Assembly (NCBI GenBank): GCA_039096225.1
Contig: JBBPEB010000004.1
Span: 1,178,001-1,242,000 of the forward strand
DNA length: 64,000 nt
Direction of reading: 5' to 3'
Origin: Blastocystis sp. Blastoise
Taxonomy: Eukaryota > Protista > Bigyra: Opalinata
Shown here: in pieces, positions 13,950 to 22,784 of the stretch
Layout of the letters: every line of letters begins with the position of its first letter
How positions within the stretch are numbered: the stretch's first letter is position 1
Notes under the pieces: model-generated
Database searches by the model: none
What the model was told of the DNA's origin: nothing
What the model saw: the letters and a program-made list of their open reading frames with translations, nothing else
Made by a program: the position numbers and the translations under genes

Positions 13950-16900
13950 TTAATAACCAAAATAAGGAGCATAATACTCTTTATTTTCATAAAATATTTT
14001 TAATTTTTTGACATTTTTCGAAAATAAATTAGCGTCAAAGCCGACAATATTCACTACAGAGGTACTAATACGGTATTCTTCCGTGAATTTTTTCATATTA
14101 ACACTATAATTATAAGATTTATCAATAAGAATACCTTTAATACCTATAGCAGTGTGATCCTTATAGTATTCGCTTTGATGAGTTCTACGGTAATCCAACA
14201 TATCAATTTCGTAGAATTCGGAGTTTGCCAGAAATGCAGTACACAACTGCTTGAAAAATTTATCTAGATTTGTCTGGATAGTAAATTTAGCATCTTTATT
14301 AAAATCTTTATAAGCGATAAAGATATCTTCTAAAGATACGACATTAATAAAGAAAGGATCTATTTGTAATTTAGCCTTGACAAAATCTTTCATATTATAT
14401 CCAGAAGAACATTTTTCTAAGAAATCTTCTTTACACGTGGCAATGGCTTGTATTCCTTGTAAAATATCCATATTAAGACGTAAGCTACGTTCAAGATAGT
14501 GGAAGATTAACCAAGAGAATATAGCATTTGTATGTTTTTTAAACAGAAAAGATACGTTAGGATCCATTGGATAGTGATTTTTCTTTTTAGCTAGAAGACC
14601 TTGATTCACGGCTATTTGGATTTCTTCCTCTGTATTATATCGTTTTCTCTTGGTTAAATAATCTCCTTTAGGTTCATAGAGTGTTACTGATGAAGGTGGT
14701 AAATAGCGGCAAAGTGACGGTAAGAAGACTACTCTACGTTCTAAAGGTCCGGCATTCACGGCAGTAGGTTGAATATTAGAGGTAACAAAAAGAATTCCCG
14801 TGTAATTATAGGTTTGAATAACATTAGAGTGAAGAAGACGAGCAGTAGCGTCTGATTTCTTTTCACATAATTCCTTGAATATACGAGATTCTAGGGGATT
14901 TACAGATTTCTTAAACCCTCCTGAATGTTCACTAAGTTCATTCATATAATACATAGTTTTATTATGTAAATTAAGTAGAAATGGAGAAGCTGAAGTTTCT
15001 TCAAAGTTATCAGGATTTACGGGAATACATTGATTATTACCTAGAATATTTTTCATAATATCAGTAGTTATAGTTTTTCCATTGGCACCAGAAGTACCAT
15101 ATAGGATATAACACCAAGTGTGATCGGAACAACAATAGAGTGATTGACAAATGATTTGCATCATAGCATCTGCGTAATCACCGTCGCCTCCACAATAACG
15201 TAATACATGTCTTTGAAATTGTTTTATAGCATCAAAGTCTTCAGGTACATGTTTTGTTTTAGGGACAATTTGTGCATTAATAATCATTTCTTCAAAGATA
15301 ATATCTTCTTTTTCATAGGGAATTACATCATAAGAAGGAGAATGTAAAAGGTGATATTGTGCTCCAGGGAATTCAGCTGTCCAATCATCTACAATGGTTG
15401 GTTCAGGGGCATTTGTTAGCGGAACAACAAAACCGACATTTGTATAAATAACATTTTCTCTATGTTTGAGATGAATATCTCTGAAAGTTTCATAAGATAT
15501 AGCGTAAGTTTTCTGATATCTAGCTAACCATTCCTTATAGTTTTTTTCATTTGTTTTAGAGGCATTTTGAAGTTTATTAAGAGAGAATATATGACTCTTA
15601 AGTTCTTTTTTAAATTGTTTTGCTTGTTGAAAGTTCTCGGCAATTGAATTAGCAAAAGAAGTAATTTCTGATTCAAAGAAGTTAACATCATAAGAATGGT
15701 GAATATTTCTTAAAACGTTGAATTCATCATAAGCATATATCTTTACGAATTTTTTAGATATATCTTCAACCATAACACGATCATTAAAGCAGAAAGTTTT
15801 GAATAATTCCACGAATGCTTGAGAAGTAACTTCATTATGTCTAGATATAGATTTCATCACATGGCAAAAGATATAATCATTCTTACAATCTATTGGTAGT
15901 TTATTGTGTTTTTGTAAGATAAAGAAAAGATACGAAGAATCTTTAAAATAATTATAAGATTCATAGCTAGACGTATTATTCCAAGTAGATTTGAATTTCT
16001 GTAAGCTACGAGTATGAGAACATGAGTTACTTATATTCATAAAAAGATTCAAAGTATCTTCAGAGTTATTATAATTATTTGTAGCACGTATAAGCTTATA
16101 CCATTCATTATGAGATTCAAAATAATATCCATTATCTATTTCAGAAATAAGTGTTAGTATTTGTTCTAATAAATTAAATTCATAATTATCTACTTCTTCA
16201 GAGTTATTATCCATAGTAGCAGGGTTAATATCTTTATAAGCTTTATTAATAGAGTATGCTGTAGTAAAACTATTAATAGTATCTTTATCAAAGGATAATA
16301 TTTTATGAAGGTATCTTTTTACATTATTTTTATTTAATAGTTCTGAAAATAAAACATAATTACTGAAACATACAAAAACATCATTAGGAGAATTATAATT
16401 AAGTAGAGTAGAATAATAAGCATTTTTGATTATATCAGAGTTTTCAAAATTAATTTTTTGCCAAGAATTTGATTCATACATATCGTAGAAATCATATGTA
16501 GACGGAGAATTAGTTTTAGAACATCCAAGCATCATTACACCATTATTTCGATTCTTATTTGCAATTACGGCTCCATCAATAAAGCGACTAGGAATTACAT
16601 TCATAGAGTTACATATAGATTTAACCATATCATCTTCAACAATTTCATTATATATATGAGTTAAAATATCAATTTTTATAAACCAATTGGTGAAGACGTG
16701 CATACCCCAACTATAGAAGAGACCATTTGCTTTTTCTTTTCTATTGACAAGCTTCTTAGTAGTAATAATATTCATATTATTTGGATTATATATCTTTAAG
16801 AACAATTGACTAATACGTTCAATCAGCATATGTATATTATTATCAGATAGATCGGAGAATTCATTTTCTTCACGGCAACAATCAAGATCAAACCATAATC

Positions 16901-17114
16901 GACGATAAGCTTTCTCAACAGTAGTAGGGACAACATCAATATAATGCTTAAGTTCAGGGACTCCACCAGGTTGTTTACTATCTAAATAATATTTATACAT
17001 ATAATCATAGAATTTCGAAGGGTTTTGAACAACTGTAGCAGCCCTGTTATCCATAGTATTTTCTTGATTGAAGGTAGAATACTTACAAATTGTTTGATTT
17101 TGAATTTCAGCCAT
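13950..17114 (-). CDS. Primase-helicase: AEP-like primase + PriCT-2 + D5-like SF3 helicase
   Basis: AEP motifs LWFDLDC, WGMHVF, FIDGAV and MLGCSK; PriCT-2-like HNEWYKLIRA...KSTWN; Walker A GTSGANGKT, Walker B YYMNE, motif C FVTSN, Arg finger LERR. First ATG is at 17114 (the ORF track starts at TTG 17141). Confidence 0.9.
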   Translation of the reverse strand: MAEIQNQTICKYSTFNQENTMDNRAATVVQNPSKFYDYMYKYYLDSKQPGGVPELKHYIDVVPTTVEKAYRRLWFDLDCCREENEFSDLSDNNIHMLIERISQLFLKIYNPNNMNIITTKKLVNRKEKANGLFYSWGMHVFTNWFIKIDILTHIYNEIVEDDMVKSICNSMNVIPSRFIDGAVIANKNRNNGVMMLGCSKTNSPSTYDFYDMYESNSWQKINFENSDIIKNAYYSTLLNYNSPNDVFVCFSNYVLFSELLNKNNVKRYLHKILSFDKDTINSFTTAYSINKAYKDINPATMDNNSEEVDNYEFNLLEQILTLISEIDNGYYFESHNEWYKLIRATNNYNNSEDTLNLFMNISNSCSHTRSLQKFKSTWNNTSSYESYNYFKDSSYLFFILQKHNKLPIDCKNDYIFCHVMKSISRHNEVTSQAFVELFKTFCFNDRVMVEDISKKFVKIYAYDEFNVLRNIHHSYDVNFFESEITSFANSIAENFQQAKQFKKELKSHIFSLNKLQNASKTNEKNYKEWLARYQKTYAISYETFRDIHLKHRENVIYTNVGFVVPLTNAPEPTIVDDWTAEFPGAQYHLLHSPSYDVIPYEKEDIIFEEMIINAQIVPKTKHVPEDFDAIKQFQRHVLRYCGGDGDYADAMMQIICQSLYCCSDHTWCYILYGTSGANGKTITTDIMKNILGNNQCIPVNPDNFEETSASPFLLNLHNKTMYYMNELSEHSGGFKKSVNPLESRIFKELCEKKSDATARLLHSNVIQTYNYTGILFVTSNIQPTAVNAGPLERRVVFLPSLCRYLPPSSVTLYEPKGDYLTKRKRYNTEEEIQIAVNQGLLAKKKNHYPMDPNVSFLFKKHTNAIFSWLIFHYLERSLRLNMDILQGIQAIATCKEDFLEKCSSGYNMKDFVKAKLQIDPFFINVVSLEDIFIAYKDFNKDAKFTIQTNLDKFFKQLCTAFLANSEFYEIDMLDYRRTHQSEYYKDHTAIGIKGILIDKSYNYSVNMKKFTEEYRISTSVVNIVGFDANLFSKNVKKLKIFYENKEYYAPYFGY

Positions 17115-17194
17115 TTTCAAATAAATATTTAAAAAATTCAAATAAATTAAATATTATTTTTAAAAGATTCAAATTAAATATTGTTTAAAAGTCT

Positions 17195-17460
17195 GTCATA
17201 TCAGGAAAAAAAATTAGAATGAATGGTTTTGAATATTTCTTCAACGTTGTCATTCCGGAAAGATTCGAAATGAATGGTTTTAAATATTGCTCCAAACGAC
17301 GTCATATCAGGAAAAACAAAATATGTGTTTTTTAGTATTGTTTCAAACGTTATCATTCCGGAAAGATTCGAAATGAGTGGTTTTGAATATTGCTCCAAAC
17401 ACCGTCATTCCGGAAAGATCCAAAATTGGTGGTTTTGAATATTGCTCCAAACTCCGTCAC
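17195..17460 (+). repeat. About five tandem 52-bp repeats in the divergent primase/SSB intergenic region
   Basis: Units start at 17195, 17249, 17301, 17352 and 17404. Consensus GTCATTCCGGAAAGATTCGAAATGAATGGTTTTGAATATTGCTCCAAACNNN. Confidence 0.9.
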
Positions 17461-17624
17461 TATGACTTAGCTATTTGTCAAAAGATATTGAAATATGATT
17501 GGCTAAATTCAAATTTTAGTGGAAACTATTATTTTTTTAGTATTCAGTCCAAATATTTTTGCAATTGCAATATTTATATAAATTTTATTTATTTATTTAT
17601 TTGAATTTTACAATTTTTTTGAAG

Positions 17625-18365
17625 ATGTCTAGTGTTATTGTCCGCCCTGAAGATTCTTTTGATGCTACGAAGTTATCCCTTGTTAAGTTAGACCCAATTG
17701 ATAATATTTCTGAAAGGTATGATGTTTATTATAAAGAAAAAAGATTATTTATTCAAACTCCCGCCTTAATTGCCCCTTTTGCTTTGAAATATTTCTCTGA
17801 TGGATTTTCTTCGAAGTTAACTTTATTTATGGATAACGAAGACTTCAATTGTCTTGTTAAGTCAATTGATGATTTTGTATATATGTCTTTATTCCCTACC
17901 GCTGAGAGTCGTGCTGTCTATATGGATTTTGTAATGAAGAAGTATCCTTATTCTCTTGATAACTCCAATTGTATTACTTGTTCTTCTGATAATTGTTCTT
18001 GTTTATCTGTTAATAGGCCTTCAAACTTACTTTATTATATAGATTCTCCTTTAAAGAGTACTCCTACTAAGGTTATGACTATCAATGTTCCTTTAAAAGA
18101 TAGTTTTGTCCGTTTGAATACTTATGATTGTGAACTGAATTTATTAACTTGTTTTCGAAATGAAAAATACTCTGTTATGAAATTTAATGAAACATTCTTA
18201 ACTCCTGGTAGTACTATTAAAGTGCTTTTTTCTGTAAGTGTTAATTATAAGATAGTCAATGGTAATCCTCGCTATTTCTTTAACTTATATGCAACTCAAA
18301 TGATGATTATTGAAAGAGGTGATCAACATTATAGTACTATGCCTGTATGTTCTATAAAACCTTAA
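17625..18365 (+). CDS. Probable OB-fold ssDNA-binding protein (NCLDV/T7 gp2.5-like)
   Basis: LFIQTP...PF motif, a helix ending IDDFV, and C-terminal PGSTIKVLF...FFNLYATQMMI resemble NCLDV SSBs. It is divergent from the primase-helicase. ATG at 17625. Confidence 0.65.
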   Translation: MSSVIVRPEDSFDATKLSLVKLDPIDNISERYDVYYKEKRLFIQTPALIAPFALKYFSDGFSSKLTLFMDNEDFNCLVKSIDDFVYMSLFPTAESRAVYMDFVMKKYPYSLDNSNCITCSSDNCSCLSVNRPSNLLYYIDSPLKSTPTKVMTINVPLKDSFVRLNTYDCELNLLTCFRNEKYSVMKFNETFLTPGSTIKVLFSVSVNYKIVNGNPRYFFNLYATQMMIIERGDQHYSTMPVCSIKP

Positions 18366-18462
18366 AAATTATTTTATTTTATTATTATATATATTTCTTA
18401 TTTATTCTATTAATGTAATTTTTTTAAATATTTGTTTTGTTTTAAAATATTATTATTTCTAT

Positions 18463-19305
18463 ATGTCAAAACAGTATTCATCCTTTGTTATTTGGCCTGG
18501 TAGTAAACGTCGGGTAGCTGGTCAAATAGCAGATATTTTAAAGTCAGTGCCTAGAAATAATAATAATGAAAATCCAATGTATATTGAACCTTTTATTGGT
18601 AGTGGTCATGTATTTTTAAATTTAATGATGCAAGATTATCAAGATAGAACTGATCGTAAATATGTAATTAGTGATACTAATACTGATTTAATAAATTGTT
18701 GGAAATATATTCGTGATTATCCAATAAAATTAATAGTTGAATTAGAAAAATTAAATGATGTAGAAGATACTTCTGATAATTATTATGAATTACGTAAAAT
18801 ATTTAATACTTGTACAAATACTTTGATGCGTTGTGCTTACTTTATTGCTTTAAATAAACGATGTTTTTGTGGTATATATTCTGTAAATCAAAAAGATGAA
18901 TTTAATACTCCATGGGGATATAAAAGAAATAAAAATATATTTAATAAAGAAAATATTTTACAAATATCATCTTTATTAAATTATAATAATGTAACTATAT
19001 TAAATGATGATTATCGTGATATAATAAAGAAATATCCTAAGGGTATATATTATATGGATCCACCCTATATGAATACATTTGATCGTTATAGTAAAGATAA
19101 ATTTTCAAATAATGAATTCTTAGAAACTGTGAAAGAAATGAAAGATGCTATATGTGTATATATATCATGCAGTAATGAAATGAAAAAATCTTTTGATGAT
19201 AAAGATATACAATATACTTCAGTATTATCATTTTATCGTCAAAATACATATGTAAGAAGTAAAGGTGTATTATATGATGAATATATTTTACATATAAATT
19301 ATTAA
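18463..19305 (+). CDS. DNA adenine N6-methyltransferase, D12/Dam family
   Basis: WPGSK, YIEPFIGSG (SAM-binding motif I), ISDTN.DLIN, and catalytic YMDPPY. Confidence 0.93.
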   Translation: MSKQYSSFVIWPGSKRRVAGQIADILKSVPRNNNNENPMYIEPFIGSGHVFLNLMMQDYQDRTDRKYVISDTNTDLINCWKYIRDYPIKLIVELEKLNDVEDTSDNYYELRKIFNTCTNTLMRCAYFIALNKRCFCGIYSVNQKDEFNTPWGYKRNKNIFNKENILQISSLLNYNNVTILNDDYRDIIKKYPKGIYYMDPPYMNTFDRYSKDKFSNNEFLETVKEMKDAICVYISCSNEMKKSFDDKDIQYTSVLSFYRQNTYVRSKGVLYDEYILHINY

Positions 19306-19374
19306 CATTATTTATTTATATTTTATTTATTATTAAAAGAATAGTTTTGTTATAAAAAATATATTTTATTAATA

Positions 19375-20781
19375 ATGGAAACTTGTATATTAGGTATGCC
19401 AAGCCCTGGTGCGTTTGGTATAAATAAAATAGCAGTTGGTAAAGAAAATAGACCTTATAAACCTCAACCATTAAAAACATTAGATGAATATAATCCATTA
19501 ATATTTGAAGTAGGTCCAAATTCATCTTTTTTAGTATCAAATTTAAAAAAGAAAAATCAAATAGAAAATAAAATAAATTCTTATGTTAATCGTGATAAAG
19601 AATTTGGTATTAATACAGGTGCAGGAGGAGCTTTAATACAAGCAAAACCTGTAGGAAAAGGTGTAATAAATAAAAGGCGATATGATGATACTGTAGATAA
19701 TCAAGAAGAAGCTCATACTAGTGATGATCCACAGATTAATCCTACTAATTTTAAAGCACGTAATCGTATAGGTATAAAAGGTAAAGGACTAGCTTATAAT
19801 AGTCGTGAATTAAATAAATTACAAAATAATAAAGGTGGTGGTATAATTACAAAAACTTTAGGTCATACAATGAAAGCTATAGGTAAAGCTACAAAACGTA
19901 AATCAGTAGAACATATAGGTAATATGTTAACTGGTGATAATAATGATTCACAAGGTGGTATAGTAAATGGTTCATTAAATATAATAAAGAAGATAGCCAA
20001 TAGTAATCAAGGTAATGGAATTCATAGAAAATTAAATAAAACCTTTGGTGGTACATTATTAGAAAATAATTTATCAGGAGTTATTACTGCGATGGAGTCT
20101 TCTAGAGGTGGTTCTTTAGATGATAAATCTGTAAGGAAATTCTTTAAAACAAAAAATAAAAAAGGGAAATTAATTCCACCACAAATAGCTAATGCTTTAC
20201 AATTTATGGTAGATAACCGTAAAGGAATGCGTGCAGCAGGCTTAAAGCCACTGAATATGTCTAAATTACGTAAATATATAGATTTTAATGAATCTCCCGA
20301 TGGTGAACATTTAAGATTAAAGCGTGGTGGTGCTGTAGCAGATGAGGTAATGGGTGTAATAAATAATTTACCAAATATATGGAATATGGTAAAAGAAATA
20401 CCTTCTAAAGTAATGTATTATGCACAACCAGGTAAATTAAAAGAAGCATGGGATACAATGAAAGAAGAAAATGAAATCAAGAAACAAGAAATGGAAGTAG
20501 AAGGTGATTATCATAAAGAAGAATTAAAAGAAAGAAGGAAAAATTTAGAAAATTATCAAAAACAGAAAGCAGCAAATTCTCAACAAATAAATCAAAATGA
20601 TAATTTAATAAGTGATAATTCTCAAAAAACAAAAGATATTAAACAAATAGATGATAAACCCTATAAAGCAAGTGGTGTATTACGTGCTGCTGGTAGTAAA
20701 CAAAAATTAAAAGGTAAAGCATTTTATGAATATATGCAACAATGTAAACGAAATAAACATGGCAATAAGTCAAAAAACTAA
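19375..20781 (+). CDS. Basic virion core-like precursor (468 aa) with many GG/GxG putative protease sites
   Basis: K/G-rich, with motifs GAGGA, IKGKG, NKGGG, SQGG, NQGNG, TFGG, SRGG and LKRGG. It ends on A AAA AAC TAA, overlapping the protease frame. Confidence 0.6.
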   Translation: METCILGMPSPGAFGINKIAVGKENRPYKPQPLKTLDEYNPLIFEVGPNSSFLVSNLKKKNQIENKINSYVNRDKEFGINTGAGGALIQAKPVGKGVINKRRYDDTVDNQEEAHTSDDPQINPTNFKARNRIGIKGKGLAYNSRELNKLQNNKGGGIITKTLGHTMKAIGKATKRKSVEHIGNMLTGDNNDSQGGIVNGSLNIIKKIANSNQGNGIHRKLNKTFGGTLLENNLSGVITAMESSRGGSLDDKSVRKFFKTKNKKGKLIPPQIANALQFMVDNRKGMRAAGLKPLNMSKLRKYIDFNESPDGEHLRLKRGGAVADEVMGVINNLPNIWNMVKEIPSKVMYYAQPGKLKEAWDTMKEENEIKKQEMEVEGDYHKEELKERRKNLENYQKQKAANSQQINQNDNLISDNSQKTKDIKQIDDKPYKASGVLRAAGSKQKLKGKAFYEYMQQCKRNKHGNKSKN

Positions 20782-21362
20782 GAGGAGGAGGTTTAGAAGA
20801 AAGTAAAAATGAGAAAATAATACAAGAACACTTAGATTGTGATAATCCTATTATAAGTGATTCTGATAGAAAAGTAACTCCTAGATCTCCTGAAAATTTT
20901 TCTCAAAAAATAAGTCAATATACATTAATTCCTAAAAATTTAATAAAACAAATTTATAATTATGGTTATTTAAATAAACCAACAAGTGCTGTAGCTTGTA
21001 GTCGTGCAAAATCAACAATGAATATGTTAAATCATTCAAATCCAAATGGATATAATTATTATAATAGTTATGAAGAATTTGAAAATAATATAGATAATGA
21101 TAGAACAAAATATAATATGATATTTCATCAAAGTAATTCAGATCCTAACTTTGGACATTTTGAAGCTATTATCTATACTCCAAAGAAAATAGAACATTAT
21201 AGTAGTCTTGGGAATAAACCTAATTTTAGTAGAAATTTTGTAAATAGTCATAACATAGTATTCAGTCCTATTCAACATCAAAGCACATCTGAAAATGCTA
21301 ATGGTTGCTTTTATTATTCTTTATTATATTTATTAAGTAATAGTAATATAATGCCTTGTTAA
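20769..21362 (+). CDS. Adenain/Ulp1-like cysteine maturation protease (frame open from 20769; first ATG only at 21018)
   Basis: GHFEAI (catalytic His), IEHYSSLG (equivalent to the YFDSxG strand, with Asp replaced), QHQ...NGCFYYSL (oxyanion Gln and catalytic Cys). Confidence 0.75.
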   Translation, partial: VKKLRGGGLEESKNEKIIQEHLDCDNPIISDSDRKVTPRSPENFSQKISQYTLIPKNLIKQIYNYGYLNKPTSAVACSRAKSTMNMLNHSNPNGYNYYNSYEEFENNIDNDRTKYNMIFHQSNSDPNFGHFEAIIYTPKKIEHYSSLGNKPNFSRNFVNSHNIVFSPIQHQSTSENANGCFYYSLLYLLSNSNIMPC

Positions 21363-21448
21363 AAATTCTGATGTGAACTGAATATATTAAACAAAAATAA
21401 GTTTTCTTTATTGGCATAATTATTTTATTTTTCTATATAGTAATAAAA

Positions 21449-21868
21449 ATGTCACAACCTATTAATATGCATAATATGACTTATGCAAATTTTGCTGAAG
21501 AATTACGTGGTATAAAGAAAGATGCTATAAGGTCCTATGGAAATCGTATATTTAGTTTATGTTGTAGATTTATAGATTTTCATAAGAATGCAAATTTTAC
21601 AAAAAATGAATTAAATGGCTTACGTCGTGCCAGTGAATTTATAGATGATAATCAATGTCGTAAAGAAATTCAAAATATTATAGATAAGGAAATACAAAAA
21701 ATATATTCTAAAAATATTTATAATAATAATAATTCTATTCTATCTTCACAACCACATATATCTTCTATAGATAATGATTTAACACAGCCACCCTTTATAA
21801 ATAATAATCGTATGAATCAAAATGATTGTATGTCAGTAAATTCTTTTTTTAATAATAATAATAATTAA
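21449..21868 (+). CDS. Viral hypothetical protein (139 aa)
   Basis: Clean ORF with an AAAAATG start; no family recognised. Confidence 0.7.
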   Translation: MSQPINMHNMTYANFAEELRGIKKDAIRSYGNRIFSLCCRFIDFHKNANFTKNELNGLRRASEFIDDNQCRKEIQNIIDKEIQKIYSKNIYNNNNSILSSQPHISSIDNDLTQPPFINNNRMNQNDCMSVNSFFNNNNN

Positions 21869-22027
21869 TTATTTTTTTTATATATAATATATATGTGTTT
21901 TGTTTTAATTTAAAAAATAATAATAATAATAACTAAACAACAAATAAAAGAATTAATAATAATTTTTAATACAATAAGAAATATAAAAATAAAAAAATAA
22001 AAATAAAATTAAATAATAAATATAAAT

Positions 22028-22660
22028 TCATTCTTTATCAGAATTAGTTGTAGTATCTTCAGATTCAGATATACAGTCAAGATTAAGAGATGAGAAAGTA
22101 ACTAAAGGAGTTAAATTACGTTCAGGTTGACTAGGTTCAATCTTAGTTCTTTTAGCTTCATGAGTAGGAGTTCTTGGTGGAGTATCAATACCATTCTTAG
22201 ATATATTATATTTTACAAATTTTTCACATTCATCATATTTTTCTTTACGGATTCTTTTCATTTGTTTAAATAATGCTTCAGGATCATACATACCATGAAT
22301 TGAAAATTCAATAAATTGAAGATTACTTTCTATATCAGAAAATTCTTCATGAATTTGTTTTACTATGAATTTATGAAGTTTTCTATTATCAGCAGAATAA
22401 TCAATAAGAGCTAAATGTTCAGGGGCAGCTTTCTTAGCATTTTCATCATTCAAGATATTATCATACATATAAAGAGTATCAAATAAATAAGTATTCAATT
22501 CCTTTATATAGTCCACTGTTTGACGGATATTAAATATATAATCATCAATATTATTATTATAAGGCTCTTTCATATTCCATTTCAATAATTCCAGTTTTTT
22601 ACTTAAATTATTTTCTTTAAGGAGTTTAGAGTAAACTAAATTATTCAAATCTTCAGACAT
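22028..22660 (-). CDS. Viral hypothetical helical protein (210 aa)
   Basis: Clean ORF; shares the TGAATT..TGAAAATG start context with the replication genes. Confidence 0.75.
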   Translation of the reverse strand: MSEDLNNLVYSKLLKENNLSKKLELLKWNMKEPYNNNIDDYIFNIRQTVDYIKELNTYLFDTLYMYDNILNDENAKKAAPEHLALIDYSADNRKLHKFIVKQIHEEFSDIESNLQFIEFSIHGMYDPEALFKQMKRIRKEKYDECEKFVKYNISKNGIDTPPRTPTHEAKRTKIEPSQPERNLTPLVTFSSLNLDCISESEDTTTNSDKE

Positions 22661-22784
22661 TTTCAGTATAATTCAGGATTATTTAAAAAATAATAAATAA
22701 TAAAATAAAAATGATTTATAAAATAAAATTAAAAAAATAGAGAAATAGAAAAACGAATATCTTTAAAAAGAGAAACTATTATTT

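Noticed and set aside
17195-17460. CRISPR array, and ORFs 17201..17398 and 17377..17604
   Set aside because: The units are contiguous degenerate tandem repeats without unique spacers or cas genes. The ORFs are by-products of the repeat.
20783-20792. AGGAGGAGG as a Shine-Dalgarno site for the protease
   Set aside because: The context is eukaryotic, no start codon lies at a suitable distance, and the sequence is explained by Arg-Gly-Gly-Gly codons.
20744-20796. Intron from GT at 20744 to AG at 20796 joining core and protease
   Set aside because: The spliced junction would create a TAA stop.
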